This document shows, piece by piece, positions 1 to 11,625 of a stretch of 64,000 bases of DNA. This DNA comes from Raillietiella orientalis (taxonomy: Eukaryota): contig JAYWIR010000043.1 in the NCBI GenBank assembly GCA_036172245.1, positions 1,426,001 through 1,490,000 of the forward strand, in the 5' to 3' direction. A program made the translations under genes and the position numbers. Under the pieces are notes generated by a model, which did not search any database, was not told where the DNA came from, and worked only from the letters and a program-made list of their open reading frames with translations. Every line of letters begins with the position of its first letter. The stretch's first letter is position 1.

Positions 1-1185
1 TTCTGTGCCCCAGCCGGAAGATCAAAAGATGCGGCCTTCTCCTTGGACGCATGCCTACACTTGCCAAGGAGAACGGCTGGATGGTATGCAGCCCCGCCAA
101 CTCCTCCGCATGGCTGGAGGAGACAACTGGCACGTGGGCGAAGTTACATGCTCAGAGAAGTGACAGCTGGAACTGCCTGCGATTCGGGACCCACGCCCGC
201 TGCACCCTGCGGACCATTCTGGAGTGTCCCGCAATGAGCACATGGGCGGAGACCACCCCTTTAGCTACGGCGCTGCCCTTCCTACGGAGGGCCCTCGTCA
301 GCGGCCGCACACCGAAGTGACAAGTCTCCTGCCGAATCTCGGGCAGAGAGAAGAAGATGAGCGGTTGGATCATGGGAGAGCTGGCGGACGCCACGACCCT
401 GAGCATCCTTCCGCGTGGATTGTCAAGATGGGGCGAGCTGCTTGCCATCCCGATGGATGAGCTGAATGACCCCCGGTATTACAAGGATCAAGGAGTCTGC
501 CCCTTAAGTGGCAAGAGTCGGCGCTGCTGCTGTTGCATTGGGGTCTACCCTGCAACGCAAGCCGCTTCCATTGGACAAGGGGAACTGTGAATCCACAGTG
601 TGCCAGGTGAGGGGAGCGGGAATCCCTCCCTCACTTGATTGTTGACTGCCCTGTCCTCCGACCCCTATGGGAACGTTTTGGGACGACCCTCGGACTCCCG
701 GTGGGCAGCGCACACAAAGACGTTTTTCGGCTTCTCTTCGTGCGGGACGCCCTGCAGCCAACCGCAGCCCTGGCAGTACTTTGCTGCATCCGTGGGATTG
801 TGGTGGCCTGGAGTGAAGCCAAAGATGAAGATGCCAACGAAAGGGACGTAATCTTGTATGCTGCTCGCTTCCCGCAGAGAGCTACCGGATGGCCCCAGCT
901 GGGTGGACTAAAGAAGGACCTCGAGGGCATCCTGCAAAGCATGGACCCTCCTCCCAGTGGTCAATGATCCCTTCCCCGCCCTACAAATTCTTTTTTTTTG
1001 TCTTATTGTTTTATTTTTCTTTTTGTTTTTTCCCCATCCCCTTCCACTGCCGAGGAGAGTCACTCTGGTCTGCGTCCCGGCGTCCCGGCAGTCCGGCGAA
1101 ATGTTCGCCGTTAGTGGGGCTTTGTACCACGCTATGACTTCAGAAAGAGTTTGAATAAACGTCCTGACGTATCCGGGTGGCATCG
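1..1185 (+). mobile_element. L1/Tx1-like LINE (family A), 3' fragment: ORF2 C-terminus + 3'UTR
   Basis: Frameshifted reading LLLHWGLPC..NPQCARxGERESLPHLIVDC (zf-RVT-type CCHC), continuing into ORF 635-967 (..CCIRGIVVAWSEA..WPQL..SGQ*). Then T-rich UTR, hairpins and AATAAA at 1154-1159. Homologous to several other copies in the window. Confidence 0.85.
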
Positions 1186-1254
1186 CTGCACCGGTACGCC
1201 GCCCACGAATCAGCCAATGAAAAAAATATTCATCATCGCGTTGTGCCATCAGGA

Positions 1255-4200
1255 GTGCAGGTAGGTCAGGAGGACGTCCGAGGATCCTGTGCTTCCAGAA
1301 TCTCCAGGAGAAGCTCCTGGTCTACACAGTCGAATGACTTTTGCAAACCGACTGCGACCGCAAGGGCTCCTGACGCTTCCGACTCAGCGTGACCTCCCGA
1401 TCCCTGGTCATCTCGGAATTCAGGATTCCTTGGACCGACTAGCGCAACGCCTCGTTGGACCTGATCCAGGTGCTCACCATCAAAAAGGTTCGTTTCTACT
1501 TTTCGTCCGGGAACAGCGTACCGGGTACGTCTGCTCCGGGATGATGAATGTTTCCGCCAACCACCCCAGTCCATAGCTCCGCGAGCAGCTTGGCGGCCAT
1601 GTTGATGACATCAACCAGACGCCGGCTGCTTATGTTGCGGAGGTCTCCTACCTTTGGATGGAGACGTACTCGTGCTGATCGGAAAGAGGTGGTCACCTCA
1701 CCTGCCTTCCGAATCAGAGTGCATATCCGATGCACCGGTGGGGTCAGCTCAGCCGCGAAACACTGGTGAAACGCAGCCAGCAGGCAGTCCTCCTCTCGTA
1801 GTGCTTTCCTTTTCTTCCCTTGAGCTTGCTGATGGCAGAGATGACCTCCCCCATAATGAAACGACTCGCTCAAGATAGATTCGCGACTCCTCCCGATCTC
1901 GGGAACGCCTTCAGGCCGCAACTGCTGCTCAAACTCGCGTTCCGGTGGTGCTATCGCGTACAGGAGCAGTAAAATTGGCTCACGATGCGTCGTATTTCTG
2001 CCGGGGACGAGTGCTCTTGGCTCTGGTCGTCCATTAAGCTGGTCGTCCCGGACTGCCACGCTTGTCGCTCAGCCTCGGCTTCCATCTCGGCCAGACGACG
2101 AACGTCTGGCCTCTTCTGCAAGTACCGAGCTTGGAGATACGCGCGCTCGTTGCGCTTCCCTCGCCAAACTCTGCAGGGAGACGGTCTAGATGGGAGCTCG
2201 TGCAGAACTCTCGAACCGAGCGCTTCCTCTCGTCCCAGTCCTCGAGTAGCTGCACCTTTGCATCTCGCAGGAAGTTGCGGAGGTGCTCCTCAGTCTCCGG
2301 GAGATGGAGCTACCAATATCTTGGTAGGCGCCACGCGCTGGAAGGGGGACCTTTCGCGCGTGGAAGTACTTCCAGCTCAATTCGGTCGTGGTCCGACAAC
2401 GTCGTTCGCTCCTTTCCATGACAACCGACCCACGGGCGCAGGTCGAGGAAGACGTGACCGATGCCGCCCTCGTATGCCGGTGACCCCAGGCAACAAGTTC
2501 TCACGTGAGCGTAGCTGCACACAACTCGTTAACCAAAGGGATGTTGAAATCCCCCGCTATCAAGTGGACTCTCCGTGCCTCTGCTTCCACCAATCATTCG
2601 CGCTTCATGACTACGAAGAATGTGTATCCTCACCCGCCCATGTTGGAGTCTCTTGGTTCACATATGTTCGTCACTACGAGGTCGATCGATTTGGACCACT
2701 TGAGAACAAGTTTCCCTACTCGACCTTTTTCGTTTCGCACCCGACAGGCTACACGAAGTCACAGGTAGGAACCGAGAGACGCACGTGTTATGTCAGTGCT
2801 GCGGTTCCCACCCGGTTCTCAGTCGTCAGTGATGGAACAGGCAGAGGGATGACCTCTCTCTTCTGCTTCTCCTCCCTCACCTTTGTTCTCCCTCCGGAGC
2901 GAAGGATCCTTTCCGAGGAAGACTCCCGGGGACCAACCTGCATCCTCTTGGTTTCCGGAGGAGATCCTGATACATCCTTTACCTGGGGAAATGCATCTTC
3001 ATGGGGGCCTTGAGCCTCTTTGAGGGGATTTCCGTTGCTTCCGAGTCTCAGTAGGACGTCATGCTGGGGTGCCATCCGCAGGATGTCTCACGGCCTTTTC
3101 TTTTTGAGACCTTTACTTTCGAAGGCGTTGGCGTCACCACCTTCTCCGAAGAGATGGCAGCAGCGTTGCGACGACCTTCGTTGCTATCGATCAGCTCGTC
3201 GATCACGCTTTCCATGTTTGCCTCCTCGATGTTTTCGATCGTAGCCTCTGTCGCGCTAATCTGCTGTGGCATCGCCTTGCAGTCCTGCGGCTGCTTAGCA
3301 ATCGCTCTTACGTCGTTGCGGCGTTTTTTCACTATGGAGAGGTTTTTTGCCTTTTTCTTTTTTTGACGTCAGCCCCCTTCATCGGTCATTTCTTCCCCTC
3401 TTTTGGAAGTTTGCTCCGATGGATTCTGGATTGGCTGCGGTGGCCATCTTTCCTTCCTCCCTTTGCTTCCTCTCTGTTCCTCGCGCTGCCTCTTTTCCGG
3501 TTTTGAGCTCGGAACGTCGCAGACGAGTCTGACCGAAACGGTCACACAAACTTCGTGCGGCCCTTCGGTCTTCAGCCGTGGTAAATAATTTCCGGACACC
3601 TTCTCTTCAGATCTCCGGCTTTATTGCAATGGCTGCATGATCTTGGTTTCCCGGAGAACCAGAGATCAAGTCCCCCCGCATAAAGTCCCCCGATTTCCAC
3701 ACGGTAGGGAAGCTGCTTCCGTTCGTGTGCGGTCACGCGTTCTGCAGCCAAGCCGCTATACAGTCCCTCGTATGCGAGGAAGAGGTTTGGTTCGGCCCAG
3801 TAGGCGTGGACCGTCGCATATTCTTTGAGCTGACGGAGGACTTCACGCTCGTCCATCCGCAGCCGTAAAACTCGTAGGTGGGCCAATAATGGGTGGTCCG
3901 CCGTTATTGAGTAGAGCCTCTTGCCCTCGATAGTTATGGAGGTGTTCAGTAGTCGTTGAGCGAGAGCTGCCTCTTTGCAGGTCAGCTCAACGACTTCTGC
4001 CCCCGTTCGCTACAGAGTCCCTCCAGGTCTTCCTTGTCGACGTTCGCGTTGCGCAACCCCCCCCCAAGAAGGAACGTGCAACGAACGCTAAACCTAATCG
4101 GCCTACCTTGTAGAGTAGGGCAGGCTTGTGATTCTGGAACAGACAGGTCTCCGTTTCAGCCTGGGCAACGAACGGGTGTGGTAGTCGAGATCACTTGGTC

Positions 4201-4465
4201 CCACGTCCCTGTGTTCCCAGGACTTCCATCCTTGGAAGCAACACTCTCCGTCATCAACGGGACTGGTGGTGAAGTCCTCGCATCGCTTCCGCCCTCCATA
4301 GCGGCTATTCTTGGCGTTTTTGCCGTGACGTAGCCACGTCCACAACCACCACACAACTTGGAGACAACCACTCTAACGATTCGGTTGGAGTTTGCTGAGT
4401 GTCGCGAAACGCGGACGTCTTTTTCGGGAGTCGATCCTTTGTTTTCACGCCGAGGCGCTCATTGC
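1255..4465 (-). mobile_element. Degenerate L1/Tx1-like LINE: ORF1, APE endonuclease and N-terminal RT; 3'-truncated
   Basis: ORF1 RRM-like region plus zinc knuckle CSHCNKAGDLKRRCP (3572-3886). APE motifs QET, LIAGDFN (GDFN at 2543-2554), SDH (2388-2396) and WRL. RT start SARVRLHPKVGDLRNIS..R and AVAVGLQKSFDCVD (1266-1750). Confidence 0.9.
3572..3886 (-). pseudogene. LINE ORF1 fragment (RRM-like + CCHC zinc knuckle, H->D)
   Basis: ORF track: ..LPYRVEIGG..LWFSGKPRSCSHCNKAGDLKRRCP, typical L1/Tx1 ORF1 layout. Confidence 0.8.
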
Positions 4466-5289
4466 AAAACAAATATTGACAAAAAAAAAAACAGTTACAT
4501 AAAAGATAAAGATATTCTTTGTGATTTCACATCACACTGCTAAGAAGGGAGGCTGCTTCGGAGTGTGCTTCTCGTGAGCAGCTCTCCCAATGAGGCCTGC
4601 GCAGAAGTGGGGGAGGGGGTAAGCAAAAACAAAAACCCACCCGCCCATCCACACACACATACACACACAAAAGTTTAGCTTTAAAATATGCTGGGGGGAA
4701 GAGGGGGAAGGAAAGGGATCACAGAATTTGTCTTGGCGTCCTCAGCGTCCTCAGGAGGATGTTGGTGACTTCCTCACCCTTTTGTTGGCAGAGGTGTGGC
4801 CATTTTGTCGCCTTCGTGAAGGAGCAGACGATTGGGATGACCTCACTGTTCGACTGCTGCTTTCGGTGCGACTTCTAGCAGAGAGGACGGCAGTATATGG
4901 GATGACTCGGTCCAATGAAATTCTAGTGGAAGAAGCGCCAATGCACCATCGCCTCTGTTCTCCAATGGTTTTTTTTTTTTTTACATCGCTGAACTCAAAG
5001 GAGCGGTACATATTTGTATTGTTTCGCGTACACATAGTACACATATGTGATCCTATCTCATGATTTTCAAAAAGTCTGATGCCACGGTAGTGTCTTTGAA
5101 AATAGAAATGAAATCTCGAGGTGCAAATGGGAACCTGGTGAGGGGTTTGCCACACACAAGTGAGTGACAAAGGCACGGTCAAAGGTCATAAATGCCACGG
5201 AGGAAAACTGACGTCGGAAAGTTAAGCAGCTTGACCTTGGAATGTTCTCAAAACGGAATTAACTGAATAAAAGGAAAACATAGAATCGA

Positions 5290-5930
5290 GTAGCACAGTC
5301 TTGACTTGGCGAAGAAGTATTCCGGATCAGTAGTGGTTCTTGATTTGAGGTCCTGAGAAGCCTTCTTGCCCTGTGAAGAAGAGTGCTGGTACTAGCAAAT
5401 TGAGACGCAGAAAAAGACATCTAAGGATCAGTGTTCATGTTCCAGATGAGTTGCCAACGAATAAAAAGACATCGCAGAATTCAAATTAGCTGCTGATGCA
5501 GACGAAATAGTTGGCTTTAGCAAATCCCACTTGACCACCTTCCAAGCCGAGATCGGTTGTGATGACGAAGAGATGCAGGCAAGGTCTTGGATAAAACAGA
5601 AGGGAAAGACACCAAACATTGGGGTGAAACCGAAAAGCTTCCCTATTCATGCCGCCCATTCTGTTCCCACTACCTGCTGAAGGAGATTCTAATCTTCCAC
5701 TATTTCAAAAGATCCTCTAGATGTGTTCTTCCCCATTTCACATGCAGATACGTATGCTATTTTTTGGTAATGCCCATGTTACAACAGGAGCTTGCTGTCG
5801 TTACTGGGGCCACTGGCAGGAAGGAAAAAGTGCTTCCACTGGTTCTTAGGTTCCTGGGAGCTCCGAACTGGACTGCATTATCATTCTACCAGGAATTCCC
5901 TTTCGGTTGTTATCCCTAATAGCTGCTGTA
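5290..5930 (+). pseudogene. NACHT/NLR-like NTPase remnant
   Basis: Ordered degenerate motifs VVVLD (Walker B-like), EIVGFSKSHLTTF (cf. EILGFS) and SFYQEF..GCY (cf. FxHxSFQEFLAA). Many stops and frameshifts. Confidence 0.45.
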
Positions 5931-6699
5931 AACGTTTCAATGGTCGAGGAACTTCATTCCGAATTTTGAGATAGCATCCCGGAAGCTTATGTGGGAAGCA
6001 TTGGGTTCGTGTACGACGCATTCGGACGTGTACGACGCTGTATGAGTAGCGCTGCAATTGTCTGGAAAAGTCGCATTTTATAGAGATTTGAAGAACTCCC
6101 ACGCTGCTCTGATGGTATCCATGGAGCGTCAGCTGCTGCGTTCTCTTTCATCGTGTACGCTCGGTGGTAAATCGTCGATCTTCGTTTCGTTTCCATTAAG
6201 TGCCAACCGCATTGTGCCAGGACTTTATTTTTCTGCTTCAAGTACTTCAAGCTGATGAAGATGAAAAGGAGAGATGCGTTTGTTTTCACTGGACGCTCAG
6301 TCTTTCGGGCGGAATGATTCAGGTGAGCACCATTTCGCCATTCAGGAGGAAATCTTAGACGAATCCCGCAGGGTGTTTATGACTTCTTCCAGAAAGCAGA
6401 AGCCAGTAGCGACCGTGGGTCGCTCAATCAACAGTCCACTTGCTTGGACAAAATTTGGAGACAAAGATGGATTTATTTTTAGATACGAGTCGGTTTTTCA
6501 AATCTCATTCTGGAATTTATTTTCTTTTTCGGAGAACTTCATAATGTCCTTTCACCGGGATAAAGGACAATCCTAGCGCTCCGCATCCCTAAGGAAGCTT
6601 TTTTTCTCGTTTCTTATTATTCCATAAATAAACTTTTGCGGAGAAATTCCTTCTGCCGTACACTGGGGCGAGAAAACAAATCTCCCTCAGGAAGAATTC

Positions 6700-7420
6700 G
6701 ATGTCGTTCTCCGTTGCAGTTTCCGTCTCCATTGCTGTCGAAAGTCCAGAATTAGAGCGGGAATTCCTACTACGGAATCCGACCGGGGAGCCCCCATCGA
6801 AAACCTAACGAGTTCCCACGCTCCTGAGATTTCGGGAGATGGCTGCTCATGATCCGATCTGCCGCACACTCCCAGCTACTCCGTGACATTACGCCTTCAG
6901 CAAACGATCTTCAAGTTCCCCCCTCCCCTCTCCATCCCCTCTCCCCATTCCTTCTGTCTTGCAATGCGAGGCCACTGGAACGAATCGCGAGTTCCCCGTC
7001 CTGAAAATCCGTTCCCCAAGCATTTCGCATACCTTTCGTGTATCTCGAAAAGATGTCCTGCGGAGCAACTCGCATTCCTGCTTTTGGTAAGAATGACCAC
7101 GTCACTTGACCTTTCCGAGGGAGACTTCTTCACCTGCCGCGCTTGCGAAGATGCATGCTCTATCCACGAAATTTCCTTTCCTTTCTAAAGGTGCACCCGC
7201 CGAATTCTCTCCGTCCTTCTGTGCTGCTCCTTCGCCGCGAGATTTTCATTTTCCCCCAAAGCACCTGGAACGTACCAATCGGATGCACCCTGGCCACTCG
7301 GAGTGACCTCGACCGGAAAGGCCCCTCCAACTTTTCCCAAGCTCCCTCGCAATCCAAGTATCTCATGCCAAGAGAGGATTAGGAACTCTTCGAGCCCCGT
7401 TGGCGAGAAGTTGTCCGCGT
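6700..7420 (-). pseudogene. Possible LINE ORF1 remnant
   Basis: Degenerate knuckle VCGRSDHE..P near 6850 preceded by ORF1-like segments. Weak. Confidence 0.3.
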
Positions 7421-7945
7421 AGAAACTGCACTTTCAACCACAGAGAGAGATGATACTTTGTGATGTCCAGAAGCCTAACCCTTGAAATTTCGCTCAAGCA
7501 TACGATCGCTGAGCAACGTATATGATCTCTTGAGAAGGAGGATCAGATTCGAAAAGCGTCCTCGATCCAGTCTTGACTGACTCTTCAGATACGCAGTGCG
7601 GTCCATCCGTTTTTAGGATTGAATTTTTCACGGCCGCTCTGGTCACGCCAATATCATCCTCGTGGGAGCTTCTCTGTTCTCCTTTTAGATTCCCAAGGAG
7701 AATCTGGAAAAGACTTCCTGTGAATATTCCAAATCACTCGAGTACAAAGTCGACGGAGAAGTTCGCCTCGTCTCCTGCCCGCGACCAACACCGTCATAGC
7801 GGAACTGTTTAGCCCTCTCAGTTCACTTGAAGAACCGAAGGGTCAGCAGCACACAGTGCGGTCCGAAGAGTATGAGGACCGAGATCATTTACAACTTGAA
7901 AAAAAAAAAAAAAAAAAAAACACCAAGACAGCAGGCGAGTACGCT

Positions 7946-8270
7946 TGGAGCGGGATTCGAACTTCTGCATGGCGCTGGCATGGTTCTTTAGTGGGATCTC
8001 CTTCGGATGCCCCATCCAGTTATCTGAATGCCGATGACGGGGTAAAAATCGGGCCCTTTCCATCCGGATACACGCAAGTTTCGGGCGCGGAAGTAGACCT
8101 CCACGTTGGCCCTGTACTCGCCTGTTCCCCATTACCCTGAGTGAAGTTGCAGATGGAAAGGGCCTGATTTTTACCCCGCCATTGGCATTCAGATAACTGG
8201 ATGGGGCATCCGAAGGAGATCCCGCTAAAGGACCATGCCAGCGCCATGCAGAAGTTCGAATCCCGCTCCA
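7946..8270. repeat. Inverted repeat (foldback), 119-bp arms, 87-bp spacer
   Basis: 7946-8064 (tggagcgggattcgaacttctgcatgg..ctttccatc) is the reverse complement of 8152-8270, with only a handful of substitutions. Confidence 0.95.
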
Positions 8271-8279
8271 TCCAATGCA

Positions 8280-8700
8280 CAGAGTCAGCTGGATCCCATA
8301 ATAAACAGAACGCAAAAAAAAAGAAAAATCCGACATGCCGAGCCTCGTGAGCCACTTCAGGGAAAGTTCCTGCCTTTTATGGAAGGCCGGCAAGACTTGT
8401 CCTTCCATGAAAATTGGTACAGACAACGTTCCATCAGACTGCAACACTCTGTGCAGGCAGAAATCCCCATCGCAGCAGGTTCTCTGTCGCTTTTGGCTCA
8501 CACGGAACACGTGATGCTTAAACGACTGCTCTTTTACCGGATCTTTCAAAATTTGCATCTGCTAACAACGGCATGGAAACTCATCCTCGTTCCCAAGGAC
8601 CCCGATTTCGTCGGGACGAAACTCATTTACAGCCACCCGAGGCCAAGAGCCAAATGGAAAGCGGGATGCTGATCGGATCGAACAATTAAGATACCTTGAT
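8280..8700 (+). mobile_element. Degenerate LINE ORF2 C-terminal fragment
   Basis: DCNTLCRQKSPSQQVLCRFWLT..CLNDC aligns loosely with the family A LPCN..C..C..H..DC zinc finger. Confidence 0.35.
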
Positions 8701-9029
8701 CTCCAGAATTCGATCCTCCAAAGATCGATAGAGGATCTCCTTCTCCGACTCTTTTCATTGAACCTTTTTCCCCTTTAAGGAACGCAGAGGGGGATTGTCG
8801 TGCAGGATTTTAGAGATGCGCAAGCACGACTCGGGTAGAAGAGGATTTGGTGTTTGAGAAGAAGATGGGATCGGCTGCATGAATCTCTCGGATGCATTCA
8901 GGCATTTGGCAGCTGAAGTGTCCTTGACATCATCAAGAGCTGCAGCCTGATGAGACGTTGTCACTACCAATTTTTGCGGTCGGCCAGGTCTTTCTCTACG
9001 CTTTTCTCTTTGCAACAGGAGACGGGAAG

Positions 9030-9220
9030 GGAGGGCGTGGCACCAAGCGTTGCTGGTCTGGATCTCTCCGTGATGAATCGACTCCCGAAACGGGGGCTGC
9101 GAGGGCTTCCAGTCCACCTGCAGGATGACGCTGGCTAATCCGCGGGCTTAGGGCGTGGCAGTGTGCTCGCTGAAGAAGACCCTCCTGAAGTCCTTCCAGG
9201 AATCAGGGCTTCTCCTCCAA
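9030..9220 (+). mobile_element. Family B internal fragment
   Basis: cgtggcaccaagcgttgc..caggatgacgct..gtccttccaggaatc shared with 11990-12200 and with the reverse complements of 51180-51400 and 54960-55190. Confidence 0.7.
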
Positions 9221-9229
9221 TTGCGCGAT

Positions 9230-9700
9230 GGAGCCGACCCGCGAGGTTCCTCGGAACCGCCGCGTTCCTTTGGCATCAGATGGAGCCGCAGCTTTGTTTC
9301 CTCGTGTGGCAAGATCTGCTTCCTCTTTCTCTTTGCAGTTTCTTCGCGAGCGGCCGGATCCGCTGCTCCTCCGCTCATGCCCGGGGGTTTCGAGAAGTGT
9401 TTCATTCCGGGAATCTTGGCGGATGAACGGACTGGTGCACTTTATCGAGAGCGACGGAGTGTTCGAGTTCTGGAACCATTGGCATCCTGCGATCAGGGAG
9501 CGAAGAAATTTTCTCTTCCGCATGAAGTGCTCTCATCCGCCCCTGCTACTACCGGCGGCCATACCCCCTTTGCAGCTTAATTGTCTGAGAGCGTTTCCCG
9601 TGGAAGATCAAAATCGAGATGGCTGCGCGGAGGCACTCCTCCTTGTGTCAAGGAACTGGAAGTCTGCTTGCCTGAACGTGGAGGAACCGAACCCATCTTT
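9230..9700 (+). mobile_element. Degenerate LINE reverse transcriptase fragment
   Basis: PDPLLLR, GILADE (YADD-like) and GAKK motifs in RT order across frameshifts. Confidence 0.35.
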
Positions 9701-11471
9701 TACCCCACAAGGAGCACCTCTTAAACGGGCATATTCCATGGAAGAGATGATGCTTTCCTCTTTTGTATCCATTTCATTGCAAGCAATTGAAAACCTTCCA
9801 TAAGGAATTAAAGAAACCCCCGATTGCGGGTGTTATTTCCTTCTACTCTATTAGATGGTTTGGAGTGCTATGATTTTCATTCAGCCACGATTGCAGCAAT
9901 TCTGCTGGCTGCGCTCTTGATCGGCGGAAGTCACTTTTTTCTGCCCTCGCTGTTGCCAATTCAGCACTTGCTCGTAGTTTGCTACCTCAAGAGAACCAGA
10001 GGAAACACTGCAAGAGCGCAGAGTCTACTCTGTAGTTTGTAATTTTGCGGTAACGCGAGGAGGAAAGGGAAGCATCTCAACAAACTCTTTCCTCGGAACC
10101 TGAGTTTTTCTTCGTGAAATTCATCATTGCTGTTGGAACCGGAGCTCAGCTGTCGAGCCGAGACTGGAGAAGAGGAAGAGGAAGAGGTCGGAAACTGCTT
10201 TCCGTCACTGGAAGTAAGCACGGTCTTCTCCTTCCTCTCCTTCTTCCACACCTCTCTATTCGAAGCTCACATTTGAGTTTCGAGGGACCCGAAAACTCTC
10301 ATCAAGATGGCCTCGATCCGGAGTACCTGGAACAAGTGATCTTTGCGAAGATCGAAGAGGAAGAAGGGTTCATGTGGGAACTCGCATCTCACATGAAAAA
10401 GGGAGTGCTTTATTCCACCATGACTACCTCTGGTAGACGAGTTAACAAAGCTTGACAGAATCGCTACCTTCCGCCTACACTTTTGTTTCTTCCTACAAGG
10501 ATTCCTTTCTTGCATCCTTGATCTCCGAAACATCTGCAAAGCACTGCATTCCACCCAGTCTTTCTCTACTATACCTACTGTATGACTGATTGCTTGGCAG
10601 AAAAAAAACAAATCAATGGGGACAGTCTGATGCGTTTCAGGACTGAATACAGGAGCAGTCAACATCACGTGCAGCAGAAGGCACTCATCGAGAGTGTTTG
10701 CTTCTGGTGGGTGCTTGTCATCAGCTGAAGACCCGTTCTGTGGGAATGTCAAACTTCAAGATGGAGTCAGAGCTTGAAATCAGTCCTCTGAGATGCGAGC
10801 CAGGGGGTTTGCTGCACCTCCACTTGTTGGAGGTTTCAGCAAGGGGGCGATTTTGCGATAAGCAAAGCTCTGAACCATGTCGAACTCTTCAGCTGAAGAG
10901 AGATGGAGATGAACGTGCGCGAGGATTTCATTGCGGATTTCATTTGACCTAACCAAACCAACAATAAGCAGTCATCTTGAGCAAACCTCAGACAAATGGA
11001 CCTCCTAGGGAGAGGACTGCAAATCCTTCATACCCCACGAAAGGCAGAAGGTCCACCAACCAGAGCGTGAGGAAGAAAATTTGGATAGAAAGCAACCCAG
11101 ATCTACCATCTCCTTCGCGCGAAGGAAAACATCTGCTCTGCCCCATAATCCATGCTGATAGATCTTATCTAAAACCAGCAAGAGTTGTGAGGAAGACTTA
11201 ATACGGCAGATTTTTTCCTCACACTAGCAATGTCCTCAACTTTCGAGTCGATTCTTCACGTTTTGAATTCGGATGGGTTTTCGTGGTTCCAAAGAATGGA
11301 TGCCAATTTACATCCTCGTTATACACCCTAAATGCGCCATCTGCGCGTCAGTTTTTCTTGGACCAAACTGGGTGACGAAAGGCACACCGAAAGGAAAAGT
11401 TCTTATCTAGAAGGCCTGTTCATGGCATCCCTAGAACTGCCTCACTTGTGCTTCCTTTTTCTTCTCCTTTC

Positions 11472-11625
11472 TTTTTTTTTAAAAAAAAAGGGCCAAGATC
11501 GTTACTGTTGGCCCGAGATGATGGAAATCATGTGGATTCCTCTTTTTGCTGCATTCTTTCCAGCTTCCATTTTTTCGGGTTTCTTTCTTTCGGTTCGCCA
11601 AGTAATCAGGAACGGTTCACCTCCG
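11472..11625 (-). mobile_element. Family B 3' terminus with T9A9 tail
   Basis: Reverse complement reads ..atttccatcatc..cagtaacgatct.ggccc-T9-A9, matching 28940-29030. Confidence 0.8.

Noticed and set aside
1047..1120. Family A 3'UTR as an HDV-like or twister ribozyme (loop tcygcgt resembles HDV L3)
   Set aside because: No P1/P2 double pseudoknot or conserved catalytic C after the following hairpin, and no twister UAA or AAGC motifs.
1985..3013. 342-aa plus-strand ORF, and similar long ORFs (50561-51517, 52373-53311, 53729-54499)
   Set aside because: Antisense shadows of GC-rich TE coding sequence. The recognisable motifs lie on the opposite strand.
5995..6250. Ulp1-like HWV..VYD motif and a 12-bp direct repeat cgtgtacgacgc
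   Set aside because: Too short, and no catalytic QxxxxDCG motif found.
8136..8162. Hammerhead-like ctgagtga..gaaa, and CTGATGA hits elsewhere (8947, 25594, 62297)
   Set aside because: No stem II closed by GAAA and no stems I/III could be formed.
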